Shown here piece by piece: positions 1 through 11,855 of a stretch of 62,079 nt of DNA. This stretch comes from an uncultured Eubacteriales bacterium (GTDB taxonomy: Bacteria; Bacillota; Sulfobacillia; Fermentithermobacillales; Fermentithermobacillaceae). Every line of letters starts with the position of its first letter. Within the stretch, counting starts at the first letter, position 1. A model generated the notes under the pieces. The model was not told the origin of the DNA. It did no database searches and saw only the letters and a program-made list of their open reading frames with translations. Made by a program: the position numbers and the translations under genes. The stretch lies in assembly GCA_964646385.1 (NCBI GenBank), contig CAZYEC010000004.1:7056-69134 (forward strand). The letters are read 5' to 3'.

Positions 1-969
1 GGGGACCACTCTGGTCCCTGAAAAACTCAAAACTTCCTCTGGGTCGCGCTCCTCAATAGGGATATCGTGGCGGTATTTCATGCCAAGGTCGAAGGTGGAT
101 ACAGGCGCAGCCACATAAAAGGGTACCCTGTGTCGTTGGGCCACGCAGGCCAGCGTGTATGTCCCAATTTTGTTGGCAACGTCCCCGTTCCCTGTTACCC
201 TATCGGCACCCACGACAATAAGGTCCACCTTCCCTTGGGAAATCAGGTATCCTGCCGCGCCGTCAACAAGAACGGTCACTTCTATGCCGTCTTGAACCAG
301 CTCCCATGCCGTCAACCTTGCCCCCTGCAAGTACGGCCTCGTCTCGCATGCATAAACCATCTCGACTTTGCCTTCTTCCCAAGCCTTTCTCACAACACCC
401 AGGGCGGTGCCGTAACCGCCCGTAGCCAAGGCCCCGGCGTTGCAGTGAGTAAGGAGCCGCGACCCGGGTTTGACAAGCCTGGCCCCGTTGGCGCCGATTG
501 TCCGGTTTATCTCAAGGTCTTCCCGGTGGATGGCAAGCGCTTCATCTTCGGCTGCCTGGACGGCCGCTTCTCTGCCCCTTTCCCCCAAAGCCCTCAAAGC
601 TGCGGCTGACACACGGTCAACAGCCCACTTAAGGTTGACTGCTGTAGGGCGAGCCGAGATCAAGTACCGCGCTGCCGCCGTTATGCAACCGGCGCATGCT
701 TGCACGTTCACGGAAATCTTGCCGCCCATCCAACGCCCCGCACCGCCGGCACCGGTACTGCTCTCCCGACCACAACATTGTGAAACGGCCAAGGCCAAAG
801 CATAGCCGCCCGCAATTCCGATGGCGGGGGCTCCTCTGACCACCATGGCAGTTATCCCGTCGGATATTTCCCGGAAATTACTGCATTTCACGTACTCTGT
901 GCGGTCGGGCAGAAGTCTTTGATCCAACAACAGAATGCTATCCTTCTGCCATATCACCGCCTGGATCAT
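1..969 (-). CDS. mtnA: Methylthioribose-1-phosphate isomerase (runs off the left edge of the window; not in the ORF track)
   Basis: Manual translation from ATG at 969 (SD GGGGTGA): MIQAVIWQKDSILLLDQRLLP...MVVRGAPAIG...VYACETRPYLQGARLTAWEL...VGADRVTGNGDVANKIGTY. Confidence 0.93.
   Translation of the reverse strand, partial: MIQAVIWQKDSILLLDQRLLPDRTEYVKCSNFREISDGITAMVVRGAPAIGIAGGYALALAVSQCCGRESSTGAGGAGRWMGGKISVNVQACAGCITAAARYLISARPTAVNLKWAVDRVSAAALRALGERGREAAVQAAEDEALAIHREDLEINRTIGANGARLVKPGSRLLTHCNAGALATGGYGTALGVVRKAWEEGKVEMVYACETRPYLQGARLTAWELVQDGIEVTVLVDGAAGYLISQGKVDLIVVGADRVTGNGDVANKIGTYTLACVAQRHRVPFYVAAPVSTFDLGMKYRHDIPIEERDPEEVLSFSGTRVVP
865..879. repeat. 15-bp palindrome TATTTCC-C-GGAAATT (NBS-like site, copy 1)
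   Basis: Exact 14-mer TATTTCCCGGAAAT, also at 9023 and 57482; lies inside mtnA. Confidence 0.7.
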
Positions 970-1008
970 GTTGTTCACCCCAACAACACCATAATGCCCA
1001 GACTCCGT

Positions 1009-1806
1009 TCAGGATGCAGGGCCCAAATTTTTTCCGCACCCGCATCCCCGTTCAACAGGTACGGATTCTATGATTCTGGCAACCATTTTTTTCAGGATGG
1101 CGGTATGCTCTCTGAATACCTTTACGACCTCACCCTGTGTTACAGGCCGGATGTCCGCCCTACCCTCCAAACCCGCATCATAGTCCGTTATCAAGGCCAC
1201 GTTTAGGTAACACATGCCCAATTCCGCGGCAAGCACCACTTCTGGATAGCCGGTCATGTTAATAACTTTCCAACCTTGGGCAGAAAACCAGCGAGACTCG
1301 GCTTTGGTGGAAAACCGCGGGCCTTGTATTACCACCATGGTCCCACTTTCATGGTAAGAGATACCCAATTCATTGGCGCAGGAAAGGGCGATGCGGCGCA
1401 TTTCCGGGCAATACGGCTCGGCAGAACTCAGATGCACCGCCTTGGGCCCGTCGTAAAAGGTGTCTTTACGTCCGGTAGTCCTGTCGACGAACTGGTCCGA
1501 AATGACGAAATCTCCCGGTTTTACGTCCGGGTGAAGGCTGCCGGCCGCGCAGGGGCCTATGACCCTCGCTACCCCCAGCTCCTTTAGGGCCCACACGTTT
1601 GCCCTGTAATTCAGAGTGTGCGGCAAGAACTGATGGTGTCTTCCGTGACGTGGAAGAAAGGCCACTTGGGTCCCTCCCAAGTTTCCCAGGGACACTAGAT
1701 CGCTTGGTGGCCCGTAAGGAGTATCCACTTTCACTTCTGTAACATCATCCAAAAACTTGTAGAAGCCGGTGCCACCTATCACTGCGATGCTGGCTTTCTG
1801 TTCCAT
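1009..1806 (-). CDS. mtnP: S-methyl-5'-thioadenosine phosphorylase (MTAP)
   Basis: IAVIGGTG, TPYGPPS, FLPRHGRHH, QGPRFSTKAES, VINMTGYPE, ITDYD motifs; C-terminal CxC. Confidence 0.92.
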   Translation of the reverse strand: MEQKASIAVIGGTGFYKFLDDVTEVKVDTPYGPPSDLVSLGNLGGTQVAFLPRHGRHHQFLPHTLNYRANVWALKELGVARVIGPCAAGSLHPDVKPGDFVISDQFVDRTTGRKDTFYDGPKAVHLSSAEPYCPEMRRIALSCANELGISYHESGTMVVIQGPRFSTKAESRWFSAQGWKVINMTGYPEVVLAAELGMCYLNVALITDYDAGLEGRADIRPVTQGEVVKVFREHTAILKKMVARIIESVPVERGCGCGKNLGPAS

Positions 1807-1848
1807 GCGAATTGCCGCTTTTGCGGCCTTCCCCCCTCGCTTGTATGA

Positions 1849-3300
1849 CTACCCTTTTATGACGCCTAAGGGCCGCAACCGGGCAACCTTTCGCCCGAGG
1901 CCTGCCCGGGCAGTAGAATCCACAACCTCATCAACATTCTTGTAGGCTGAGGGAGCCTCTTCCACAAGCCCTTTTACGGTCGAGGAGCGCACAATGACTC
2001 CCATCGACAACAGCTCTTGCTTGAGATCGTCGGCCAAAAGTGCCTTTTTCGCCTGACTTCTGGACATGGCTCGCCCCGCACCGTGGCAGGCCGAACCAAA
2101 AGAAAGCTCCGCTGAATCTGTAATCCCCGCAAGCACCCACGAGGCGCGGCCCATGTCGCCCGGTATTAACACGGGCTGTCCAACATTTTTGAACTCCGGG
2201 GGGATAGCCGGAGACCCGGGTCCGAAAGCCCGAGTTGCTCCCTTACGGTGCACAAGAACTTTTCGGTCGTCTTCTCCCACCTTGTGCTTTTCGATTTTCC
2301 CAATGTTGTGCGCCACGTCATAAAGCAGTCTGGAGCTGCGGGATGCGCTTTTACCCAGGATTTCGCCGACGGCTTCCCGGACGAAGTGGGACAAAACCTG
2401 TCTGTTGGCCCAAGCATAGTTGGAGGCGGCAACCATCGCTGAAAAATACGTTCGGCCTTCAGGGGACGAAATCGGGACAGAGTCCAACTGCCTGTCCGGC
2501 TGGACGGTCCCGTAGTCCACGGCAGCCCGGCGCATAATTTTGATGTAATCGGTACACACTTGATGGCCCAAGCCCCGGGATCCTGAGTGTACCCACAGAA
2601 CCACCCGGTTCTCCCCCAGTCCGTAAACAGAGGCAATATTATGATCATAGACCCTTTCAACATACCCAATCTCAATAAAGTGGTTGCCCGACCCCAAAGT
2701 TCCCAAACCGCCGGCGCCTCGCCGGATCGCCCTATCTGATACGGATGAGGGGTCGGCTCCGGCCATGGAACCGTTTTCCTCGGATCGTGCCAAATCTTCC
2801 TGATACCCGTATCCGTTTTTGACGGCCCATTCGGCCCCAGTCAACAAGACCTCTTCCATTTGTTTTCGATCCAAACGAATAGGCCCGGCTTTGCCCACCC
2901 CCGCGGGAATCCGTTTGAAAAGAGCATCTACCAGTTCTTGCATTTTCCCCAGGACATCGCATTTTTCCAAATCGGTGACCATTACCCGCACTCCGCAGTT
3001 AATGTCATAACCGATTCCGCCCGGAGTTATCACGCCCTTTTCCATGTCCATTGCGGCAACTCCGCCTATTGGGAACCCGTATCCTTCGTGGATATCGGGC
3101 ATGGCTATGGATGCCTCCAGGATGCCGGGCAGGCAAGCGACGTTCTTCACCTGTTGAATGGCCTTGGACCCGATTTGCTCCGATACCACCTCTTGGCTGC
3201 CGAAGATTCTCCCTTGAACCACCATCTTCCCTTCGGGGGGAATAACCCAATGACAGTCTCCCTTTCTTACAAAGCCCTCAAACACGTCTTTGTCAGACAC
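1849..3300 (-). CDS. rtcB: RNA 2',3'-cyclic phosphate/5'-OH ligase RtcB (long, archaeal/eukaryal-like type)
   Basis: MPDIHEGYGFPIGGV, GYDINCGVR, GSGNHFIE, HSGSRG, HNIGK, HRKGATRA, PGDMG, SACHGAGR; 483 aa. Confidence 0.96.
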   Translation of the reverse strand: MSDKDVFEGFVRKGDCHWVIPPEGKMVVQGRIFGSQEVVSEQIGSKAIQQVKNVACLPGILEASIAMPDIHEGYGFPIGGVAAMDMEKGVITPGGIGYDINCGVRVMVTDLEKCDVLGKMQELVDALFKRIPAGVGKAGPIRLDRKQMEEVLLTGAEWAVKNGYGYQEDLARSEENGSMAGADPSSVSDRAIRRGAGGLGTLGSGNHFIEIGYVERVYDHNIASVYGLGENRVVLWVHSGSRGLGHQVCTDYIKIMRRAAVDYGTVQPDRQLDSVPISSPEGRTYFSAMVAASNYAWANRQVLSHFVREAVGEILGKSASRSSRLLYDVAHNIGKIEKHKVGEDDRKVLVHRKGATRAFGPGSPAIPPEFKNVGQPVLIPGDMGRASWVLAGITDSAELSFGSACHGAGRAMSRSQAKKALLADDLKQELLSMGVIVRSSTVKGLVEEAPSAYKNVDEVVDSTARAGLGRKVARLRPLGVIKG

Positions 3301-3320
3301 CTGGCATCCTCCTCCAATAT

Positions 3321-3785
3321 TCAGATGTCTAATGTAACGATGATTTCCCTTCCGTTTACCAGCAGATCGTGGTAGGTAGCAGCTTTGAAGTAGCGCATCA
3401 AGGGGGTCGTCATCGATTCCACAAGGGCACCGCTCAGGATCGCAGTCGCTCTGAACCCTTCACGACTTTCGCGAGAGCCGCAGTCTGACTCCATCACGGC
3501 CACGGACAGGACATCTCGGGCGACAAACCCGTCGGCGTCCACCAAAAAGATCTGTTCGTTTAGAAGATTGACTATCAGCTCGTGTCGATCCTGAGCGGTG
3601 ACAGACACACGAGCTTCTTTTTCTGGGGGAACGTTTTGAGGTTCCGCCACAAGTCTCCAAAACGCCCGAATAAGCATGCCCGCCGTATCGCTCAGGTCCG
3701 CACCCCAGGCTCTGATTCTCACGTCCGACGCGTGCTCAAGGTATTCGAAACCGCCCACTTGCGTTTCCTCGCTACTCGGCTTCAA
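3321..3785 (-). CDS. Archease (RtcB cofactor)
   Basis: [30 protein letters not shown], terminal DI; directly upstream of rtcB and overlapping the gyrA stop. Confidence 0.9.
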   Translation of the reverse strand: MKPSSEETQVGGFEYLEHASDVRIRAWGADLSDTAGMLIRAFWRLVAEPQNVPPEKEARVSVTAQDRHELIVNLLNEQIFLVDADGFVARDVLSVAVMESDCGSRESREGFRATAILSGALVESMTTPLMRYFKAATYHDLLVNGREIIVTLDI

Positions 3786-6195
3786 AGATGCTGCAAGCCG
3801 ACAACCTGTCGGGCGGCTCGATCCTCATGAGCCTCACCCCAAGCGTTGCGCGGCGCAAGACTTTGACCTCAGACAGGCGGGTCCTGATTGCAACGCCTTC
3901 CGCAGTCAAAAGCAACAGCTCATCCTCGGGCCTGACAACTCGCATGATGGCAAGGGGGCCGCTTTTTTCGGTCACTTTCAAACCTATAACCCCGCCTGCT
4001 CCCCTTTTGTGGAGGGGAAACTCTTTGATTGTCGTCAATTTGCCATATCCCATAAAACTTACCAGGAGAACCATTTCCCCGGACGAAGTGGAGTCCGCTC
4101 CAATTATGTGATCGCCTTTGGGGAGTCGCATGCCGATGACACCCACAGCGTCCCGCCCCATGGATCTCACGTCGGCTACTTTAATGCGGAGAGTCCTGCC
4201 TCGGGAGCTGGCCATAAGGAATTCGTCATCCGAATTGACCTCCCTCACTTGCATGAGGGCATCGTCGCCCCGCAAAGTGAGCGCCCTCAACCCGGATCTT
4301 CTCACTGTGGAAAACGCGGAAATGGGAGTCCTTTTGCAGATTCCGTTTCTGGTCACGAAGAACAAGTCCCCTTGGGCGTCGGGTTTCACTCTTATGAGAG
4401 CCGTCACCCGTTCGTCCTCGGCAAGCTGAACGAGTCTTGACACAAGATACCCTTTGGCTTGTTTCCCCGCTTCCGGTATGGTGTGAACCATAAGCCAGTA
4501 GGCTTTACCCTGAGTGGTGAACAACAGAAGCGACTCTCTGGTGGTGGCCGTAAGCACCTTATCCACCCAATCGCCATCCCTGGTTTGCATGGCGGTCGCA
4601 CCCATCCCGCCGCGCCTCTGGGAGCGGTAAGATGATAAAGGCATTCGTTTGACGTAACCCATACCGGTAAGCAGAACTGTCACTTCTTCTTCGTGGATGA
4701 GCTCAAGATCGCTTACCTCATCGCTTGCCCCAACGATCTGTGTCCTTCTTTCATCGGCGAAGATCCTTTTAACATCCCTAAGTTCTTTCTTGATGATGCC
4801 CATGACCATAGTATCCGATGACAGAACTGCCCTGAAGTATTCTATCTCTTTCAGAAGCGCCGCTCTTTCTTCCAGGATTTTGTCCCTTTCCAGGCCTGTC
4901 AACCTTTCAAGGCGCATGTCCAAAATGGCCTTGGCTTGCACTTCATCCAGGGCAAATCTTTCAATCAAACGTTCTTGAGCAATTTTGCCGTTGGGCGATG
5001 CCCTAATTATGCTGATGACTTCATCGATGTTGTCCAAAGCAACGGCCAAGCCGGCCAGAATATGGGCACGTTCCTCGGCCTTCCGGAGTTCGTACTTGGT
5101 CTTCCGGATTACTACTTCTTTACGGTGCATGAGGTAGTAATGCAGCATTCGCTCCAGGGGCAGAATCTGGGGTTTCCCATCCACCAGCGCGAGCATGATC
5201 CCTCCAAAACTCGTCTGAAGCGCGGTATGTTTGAAAAGCTGATTGAGCACGACCCGGGCCTCGACATCCCTGCGCACCTCTATGCTGATGCGCAAGCCTT
5301 CTTTTTTGTCACTTTCATCCCTGAGATCGCTTATGCCTTGAACTCTTTTATCACGGACCAGATTGGCTATAGATTCAATGAGCCTGGCTTTGTTGACCTG
5401 GTAGGGCAGTTCGTCCACATAGATCACCTGTCGTCCGTTCTTTTCGGTTTCGATGCGCGTTTTTGCCCTTAAGGTCATAACGCCCCGGCCCGTGTTGTAA
5501 AGAGATGCAATGGGCCCCTCACCGACAATCAGGCCGGCGGTGGGGAAATCGGGGCCTTGAATGTATTGCATGAGCTCCAAAGAGCCCAAATCGGGCCGGT
5601 CTATGAGGGCCACCAAAGCGTCCACCACTTCCCCAAGGTTGTGGGGAGGGATGTTGGTTGCCATGCCAACGGCTATGCCTGCCGACCCGTTCACCAACAA
5701 ATTGGGTATTCTTGAGGGCAACACGACGGGCTCCTTCAGGCTCTCGTCAAAGTTCGGCAGCCAATTAACGGTGTCTTTGTCGATATCGGACAAAAACTCT
5801 TCGGCAATGCTTGTAAGCCGGGCTTCCGTGTACCGTTGAGCCGCCGCCGGATCTCCGTCCACAGAGCCAAAATTCCCATGGCCGTCCACGAGAGGGTGTC
5901 TCATGTTGAAAGGCTGTGCCAATCTGACCAGAGCATCATATATGGCCGCTTCCCCGTGAGGATGGTATTTTCCCATGGTTTCCCCGACGATCCTCGCCGA
6001 CTTTTTGTGCGGCTTGTCGTGTCTTAGGGCCAAATCGTCCATTGCGTAGATAATCCTGCGCTGAACGGGTTTGAGCCCATCTCGCACATCGGGCAATGCT
6101 CGTGACACGATCACGCTCATTGAGTAATCGATGTACGAGCGTCTCATTTCCTCTTCTATAAGAGTGCCAATGACCCTCGTCGTCTCTTCCTGCAT
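3772..6195 (-). CDS. gyrA: DNA gyrase subunit A
   Basis: [33 protein letters not shown], GyrA-box variant QRRGGMG, C-terminal pinwheel repeats. Confidence 0.98.
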   Translation of the reverse strand: MQEETTRVIGTLIEEEMRRSYIDYSMSVIVSRALPDVRDGLKPVQRRIIYAMDDLALRHDKPHKKSARIVGETMGKYHPHGEAAIYDALVRLAQPFNMRHPLVDGHGNFGSVDGDPAAAQRYTEARLTSIAEEFLSDIDKDTVNWLPNFDESLKEPVVLPSRIPNLLVNGSAGIAVGMATNIPPHNLGEVVDALVALIDRPDLGSLELMQYIQGPDFPTAGLIVGEGPIASLYNTGRGVMTLRAKTRIETEKNGRQVIYVDELPYQVNKARLIESIANLVRDKRVQGISDLRDESDKKEGLRISIEVRRDVEARVVLNQLFKHTALQTSFGGIMLALVDGKPQILPLERMLHYYLMHRKEVVIRKTKYELRKAEERAHILAGLAVALDNIDEVISIIRASPNGKIAQERLIERFALDEVQAKAILDMRLERLTGLERDKILEERAALLKEIEYFRAVLSSDTMVMGIIKKELRDVKRIFADERRTQIVGASDEVSDLELIHEEEVTVLLTGMGYVKRMPLSSYRSQRRGGMGATAMQTRDGDWVDKVLTATTRESLLLFTTQGKAYWLMVHTIPEAGKQAKGYLVSRLVQLAEDERVTALIRVKPDAQGDLFFVTRNGICKRTPISAFSTVRRSGLRALTLRGDDALMQVREVNSDDEFLMASSRGRTLRIKVADVRSMGRDAVGVIGMRLPKGDHIIGADSTSSGEMVLLVSFMGYGKLTTIKEFPLHKRGAGGVIGLKVTEKSGPLAIMRVVRPEDELLLLTAEGVAIRTRLSEVKVLRRATLGVRLMRIEPPDRLSACSIFEAE

Positions 6196-6206
6196 GCGGG
6201 GCCCCC

Positions 6207-8135
<1,929 letters not shown>

Positions 8136-8161
8136 TCATACATCTTAACATACCCTTAGGA

Positions 8162-8413
8162 TTAGGAACGAACTTGCGTTTGCTCAAGCCTTTGTTTTAG
8201 GTTTTTAACGGAACCGGTCAGCAGGTAAACCGTCCCGGAAGTTATCAACAGCATCCCGGCGCCGGGATTCTCGCCCACCAGAAAACCTTGCCCCCGTGCA
8301 TATCCGACCAAGGCCCTGTTATCCGGTGAATGTTTTCCCATACGCCAGTCCATCGCCAAAATGACCTCTGATGTCTCTATGACGTGGCCTCCAGAAATAC
8401 TCACTAAGCCCAC
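8162..8413 (-). CDS. remB: RemB/YaaB-like (DUF370) small protein
   Basis: 83 aa in the conserved recF-gyrB slot; pattern resembles YaaB/RemB. Confidence 0.6.
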   Translation of the reverse strand: MGLVSISGGHVIETSEVILAMDWRMGKHSPDNRALVGYARGQGFLVGENPGAGMLLITSGTVYLLTGSVKNLKQRLEQTQVRS

Positions 8414-8422
8414 CTTTTTGCC

Positions 8423-9292
8423 TCATTTCCTAGGAATCAAGGGTGCCAAACGCTTTCCCAGCGCTTTTTCAAAATCTTTGTGGCTCATTTTGTCTGCTCC
8501 GATGCCCGACCTTAAAGAAGCCAGTTTTTTTGCACATTCGGCCGTTTCCTGGGAACCGCTTTCTTTCCCCGCAGACCGAAAAACTTGACCTCGAAGGTAA
8601 TTCAACAACCGGGATTCCAGTGCGTTTCTCGCCCTTTGCGCAACAAAAGGATCGCGAATCCGGCACGCGTCGCATACCTGGCGGTCCGAAAGCGCCGGAG
8701 TCTTCTCAAGAATAACTATTGCACGGTGGTAACCATACGATTCCTCGCGATCCCGGCAGTAAGGACACCCCTTCTGCGAGCCTTCATACATCCACCCACA
8801 CTTTTTGCAATGTACGAACCCCGCGGCCTCAAGAAATGTCTTGTTCTTCCCCGCGGCCTTTTTCAAGGACTGGAGAGTTCCGCTCAAATCTTTTTCGGAG
8901 CCCCGCGATCCGCCCTGAGAGCGTCTCTTACCCCCCAATGTGGCTTCTTTCCCCGGCACCGCCCGGGCAGTGGCAACCCGGATATTGTTGGCCGCAAATT
9001 CCCAGAGGTGTTCAGAAAACTTTATTTCCCGGAAATAGCTGCCTCCCAAAGCGGCGTTTAGCTTGGCAAGAATGCCCTGGCTCATATAGGAAAGTTCTTG
9101 AGACCAAACCGAAGAAGCAGTGGCCACGTACAGGACATCGCCGTCTACCCGTCTCGGTTGGGCATGGCCGGCCAGTCTTCCGACCACTCGGGGCCAAATG
9201 CCATATATGCGATATTTTCTGGCCTTTTCGAACAAGCCCAAGCCATCGAGGCTTTCCCGAAGCACCTGTTCAATGTTCACAGGGTTTGCCAC
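8423..9292 (-). CDS. dciA: DciA (DUF721) helicase-operating protein with Zn-ribbon extension
   Basis: WPRVVG..A.HAQP..VDGDVLYVATASSVWSQELSY....IL.KLN..LG...F.EIKF; CKKC...CPYC. Confidence 0.8.
   Translation of the reverse strand: MANPVNIEQVLRESLDGLGLFEKARKYRIYGIWPRVVGRLAGHAQPRRVDGDVLYVATASSVWSQELSYMSQGILAKLNAALGGSYFREIKFSEHLWEFAANNIRVATARAVPGKEATLGGKRRSQGGSRGSEKDLSGTLQSLKKAAGKNKTFLEAAGFVHCKKCGWMYEGSQKGCPYCRDREESYGYHRAIVILEKTPALSDRQVCDACRIRDPFVAQRARNALESRLLNYLRGQVFRSAGKESGSQETAECAKKLASLRSGIGADKMSHKDFEKALGKRLAPLIPRK
9023..9037. repeat. Perfect 15-bp palindrome TATTTCC-C-GGAAATA (NBS-like site, copy 2)
   Basis: Perfect 7-1-7 inverted repeat inside dciA. Confidence 0.7.
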
Positions 9293-9321
9293 AGAACAAA
9301 CATCCTTCCCGAAATCTCCCG

Positions 9322-10422
9322 CTATAAGACGGAAACAACGGAATTGTCGCTCACCCGGAATAATTGGAAAGAGTGATCTTCGTCTGTGACCGGGTCTGTG
9401 GAAGTCAACAATATCTGGTGGCCGAATTCACAAAGGGAAATCACTTTATGGCGCCTTTTTTCGTCCAGTTCAGAAAAGACATCATCCAAAAGCAGGGCGG
9501 GTTTGCGCCCGTATGTATCCTCCAAAACTTTCGCTTCAGCCATGCGAAGCGCCAGGGCGACGCTTCTTTGTTGTCCTTGAGAACCGAAGTAACGAACAGG
9601 CCTGCCATCCAGGGAAATGACCAAGTCGTCCCGGTGTGGCCCGATGAGTGTCACGCCTCTGCTTCTTTCATCCCCTTTGACTTCTGCAAGACGGCTTCGA
9701 TAGAAGTCCTTGATCTGTCTTTCATCGTTGAGGATCTGGCCTACCGATGAAACGTAGGACACCTGACAGCTTTCATTTGCGATGAACCTGTAAGTGCCAG
9801 AAATGTGGTCAGCCAGGGTTTCCAGGAGCCCCAGCCGAGCCTTGAGAACCGCTGACCCGGTGGTCACAAGCAGATGGTCCAGATCTTCCAAAGTCTTTTT
9901 CCAAGAATCGTCGTGAAAAAGCCTCTTTAGGACAACGTTACGTCTGGCAACGGTGTCCTCAAACCTGGACAATTTGCCGGGATAGCCGTTATCCACTGCG
10001 GACAGAAGCGTATCCAAATACTTCCGCCGCAAAGATGATCCCTTTTTTACAGTGTATAAATCATCTGGCGAAAAGTACACACAGGAAAAAACCTTCAATA
10101 GATCGCTTCTTTTTGCCCTGTTGTCGTCGATTTCAATCCTTTTCCTTAGGGACGGGCTCACCGTCACCTGGATTCTAACGTACGTGGTCTTCTCACCGTT
10201 GAGCCTTGCGCCTACAGTGAAGCCTTCAGTTCCCCACCGGCTGAGGTCGCTGTCCCTTTCGGCTCTTGGCGACGTCAACATCGAGAGGTAGTGACATGCC
10301 TCCAAAAGGTTGGTTTTCCCCTGAGCGTTCCTGCCGAAAAAACAAGAAACTCCGGGAGTAAGAGATATCTCAAGGTGGGGGTAATTCCGAAAATCCTTAA
10401 GATACAAAAATAAAAGGGTCAC
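9322..10422 (-). CDS. recF: DNA replication/repair protein RecF
   Basis: GRNAQGKTNLLEA, GPHRDDL, GSQGQQRS, LLLDDVFSELD. Confidence 0.96.
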   Translation of the reverse strand: MTLLFLYLKDFRNYPHLEISLTPGVSCFFGRNAQGKTNLLEACHYLSMLTSPRAERDSDLSRWGTEGFTVGARLNGEKTTYVRIQVTVSPSLRKRIEIDDNRAKRSDLLKVFSCVYFSPDDLYTVKKGSSLRRKYLDTLLSAVDNGYPGKLSRFEDTVARRNVVLKRLFHDDSWKKTLEDLDHLLVTTGSAVLKARLGLLETLADHISGTYRFIANESCQVSYVSSVGQILNDERQIKDFYRSRLAEVKGDERSRGVTLIGPHRDDLVISLDGRPVRYFGSQGQQRSVALALRMAEAKVLEDTYGRKPALLLDDVFSELDEKRRHKVISLCEFGHQILLTSTDPVTDEDHSFQLFRVSDNSVVSVL

Positions 10423-10425
10423 TCT

Positions 10426-11562
10426 TCAAAAAGTCCCTTTCGGGCTTGACATGGGCATTACCACATAAGTGGCCTCAACTGGGACCTTTTCTCCATTTTC
10501 TACCACGGGCTCAAGTTTCATAGGACTTGCCTGACCCGATATCCCGATGAGCGTATCGGCGCTTCGAATCTTGTTCAATGCCTGCAACATGTAGCGGTGC
10601 TGAACCCAGATTTCTACGTTATCCCCGGAAATGATTGCCGGGACAATCTCTTCCATACGGCCTTTCTCAGGGGAACCGGCCCTTACGGTCAAAGTGCCGG
10701 CATCTTTGGTGACCATAAGCCGCATTGCCCTGTCTTCTTCGCTTGCCACTATAGCGGCTCTGGAGGAAGCGCGAAGGAGCGCTTCAGTAGGAATTCTCAC
10801 GGTTGAAGAGAAGGCCTTAGGGATGACCTGCTCGTAGGCATAATACTGTCCGTCAATCAGCCTGGAGAAACACGAAACCGCCCCTGTTTCGAAATAGATA
10901 TGGTTTTCCCCAAGCGTTATCTCAATTTCACCTTCATTTTGGCTATCAGAAAGTCTGGCCACATCCTGCAGAACATTGGCCGCCATTATCGCCTTGGCTT
11001 CGTTTCCTGGCACTTGGGCCCTGGAACGAGATAAAGCAAACTGGTCTGTACTCACCATGACCAGCGTTTCACCTTTGAATTCCAGTAGACATGCCCCCCA
11101 CAAGGGTCTTGCCGGGTTGGCGACTGCGCAAGTGGCACCTACTTTGACCATCTCCCGAAACAAATCAGCATTAATTTTTACTCTTTTCCCGTTTGCGGCC
11201 TCTGGCCAACGAGGAAAATCGTCCGCCGGCACTGCGTTAAGGGTCACTTCCGAACCTCCGGCTTTGATAGCCAGCGCCCATGCCGACTCATCCAGGGAAA
11301 GAGTGACGTCAGTGGTGGAAATAGTCCTAACAACATCTTCAAGGATTTTGGAAGAAACCACCAAAGACCCGGATGAGCCCACTTCGGCAGGAGCAGATAC
11401 ACGCACTCCCCAGTCGAGATTGGTACCGGAAAATGTGAGTCTGTCAGAAATGGCTTCTATCAAACAGCCTTTGATGACAGGGAAAGTAGTTCTTGAAGGT
11501 ATGGGCCGGGAAGCCGTCTGAACCAGCCACGAAAGACTGTCTTTTTGTATGTTCACATTCAC
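10426..11562 (-). CDS. dnaN: DNA polymerase III beta clamp
   Basis: 378 aa after dnaA; three-domain pattern, VSTDQFAL, RLIDGQY, YVVMPM. Confidence 0.93.
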   Translation of the reverse strand: MNVNIQKDSLSWLVQTASRPIPSRTTFPVIKGCLIEAISDRLTFSGTNLDWGVRVSAPAEVGSSGSLVVSSKILEDVVRTISTTDVTLSLDESAWALAIKAGGSEVTLNAVPADDFPRWPEAANGKRVKINADLFREMVKVGATCAVANPARPLWGACLLEFKGETLVMVSTDQFALSRSRAQVPGNEAKAIMAANVLQDVARLSDSQNEGEIEITLGENHIYFETGAVSCFSRLIDGQYYAYEQVIPKAFSSTVRIPTEALLRASSRAAIVASEEDRAMRLMVTKDAGTLTVRAGSPEKGRMEEIVPAIISGDNVEIWVQHRYMLQALNKIRSADTLIGISGQASPMKLEPVVENGEKVPVEATYVVMPMSSPKGTF

Positions 11563-11599
11563 GTCATTCTCTCCCCTTTGTGCCGCAAGCTGAACCGAT

Positions 11600-11855
11600 T
11601 ATCTTTCTTTCTAAACTATTTCTTCTTTGTTGATACTATAAAAACAGTCGTAGCAGTAGTGTCTGTTAAATTGTTGATAAGCTATGATTCTAGCATTTAG
11701 ATCCGAGTTCCTTCCTTGTGGGCGAGTTGTGGACAGCATGTGGAGACTTGTGCAAAAAAAGGGTTGCTTTTTATCGTTCGTCCCGTTGTTCACAGTCTCT
11801 CAACAACGCTGTCCCGGCAATTCACAGGTTCTCCCACAGGGTTATACACAGGTTC
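11600..11855. other. oriC, dnaA-dnaN half: DnaA boxes, DnaA-trios and AT-rich unwinding element
   Basis: Boxes TTATACACA 11842-11850, TTGTTCACA 11786-11794, TGTGGACAG 11728-11736, TGTTGATAA 11672-11680; trios CAG TCG TAG CAG TAG 11645-11659; AT-rich stretch 11600-11644; GC skew flips in this region. Confidence 0.85.

Noticed and set aside
8426-8441. CATTTCCTAGGAATCA as a canonical-length NBS
   Set aside because: The centre and right arm deviate; too degenerate to count
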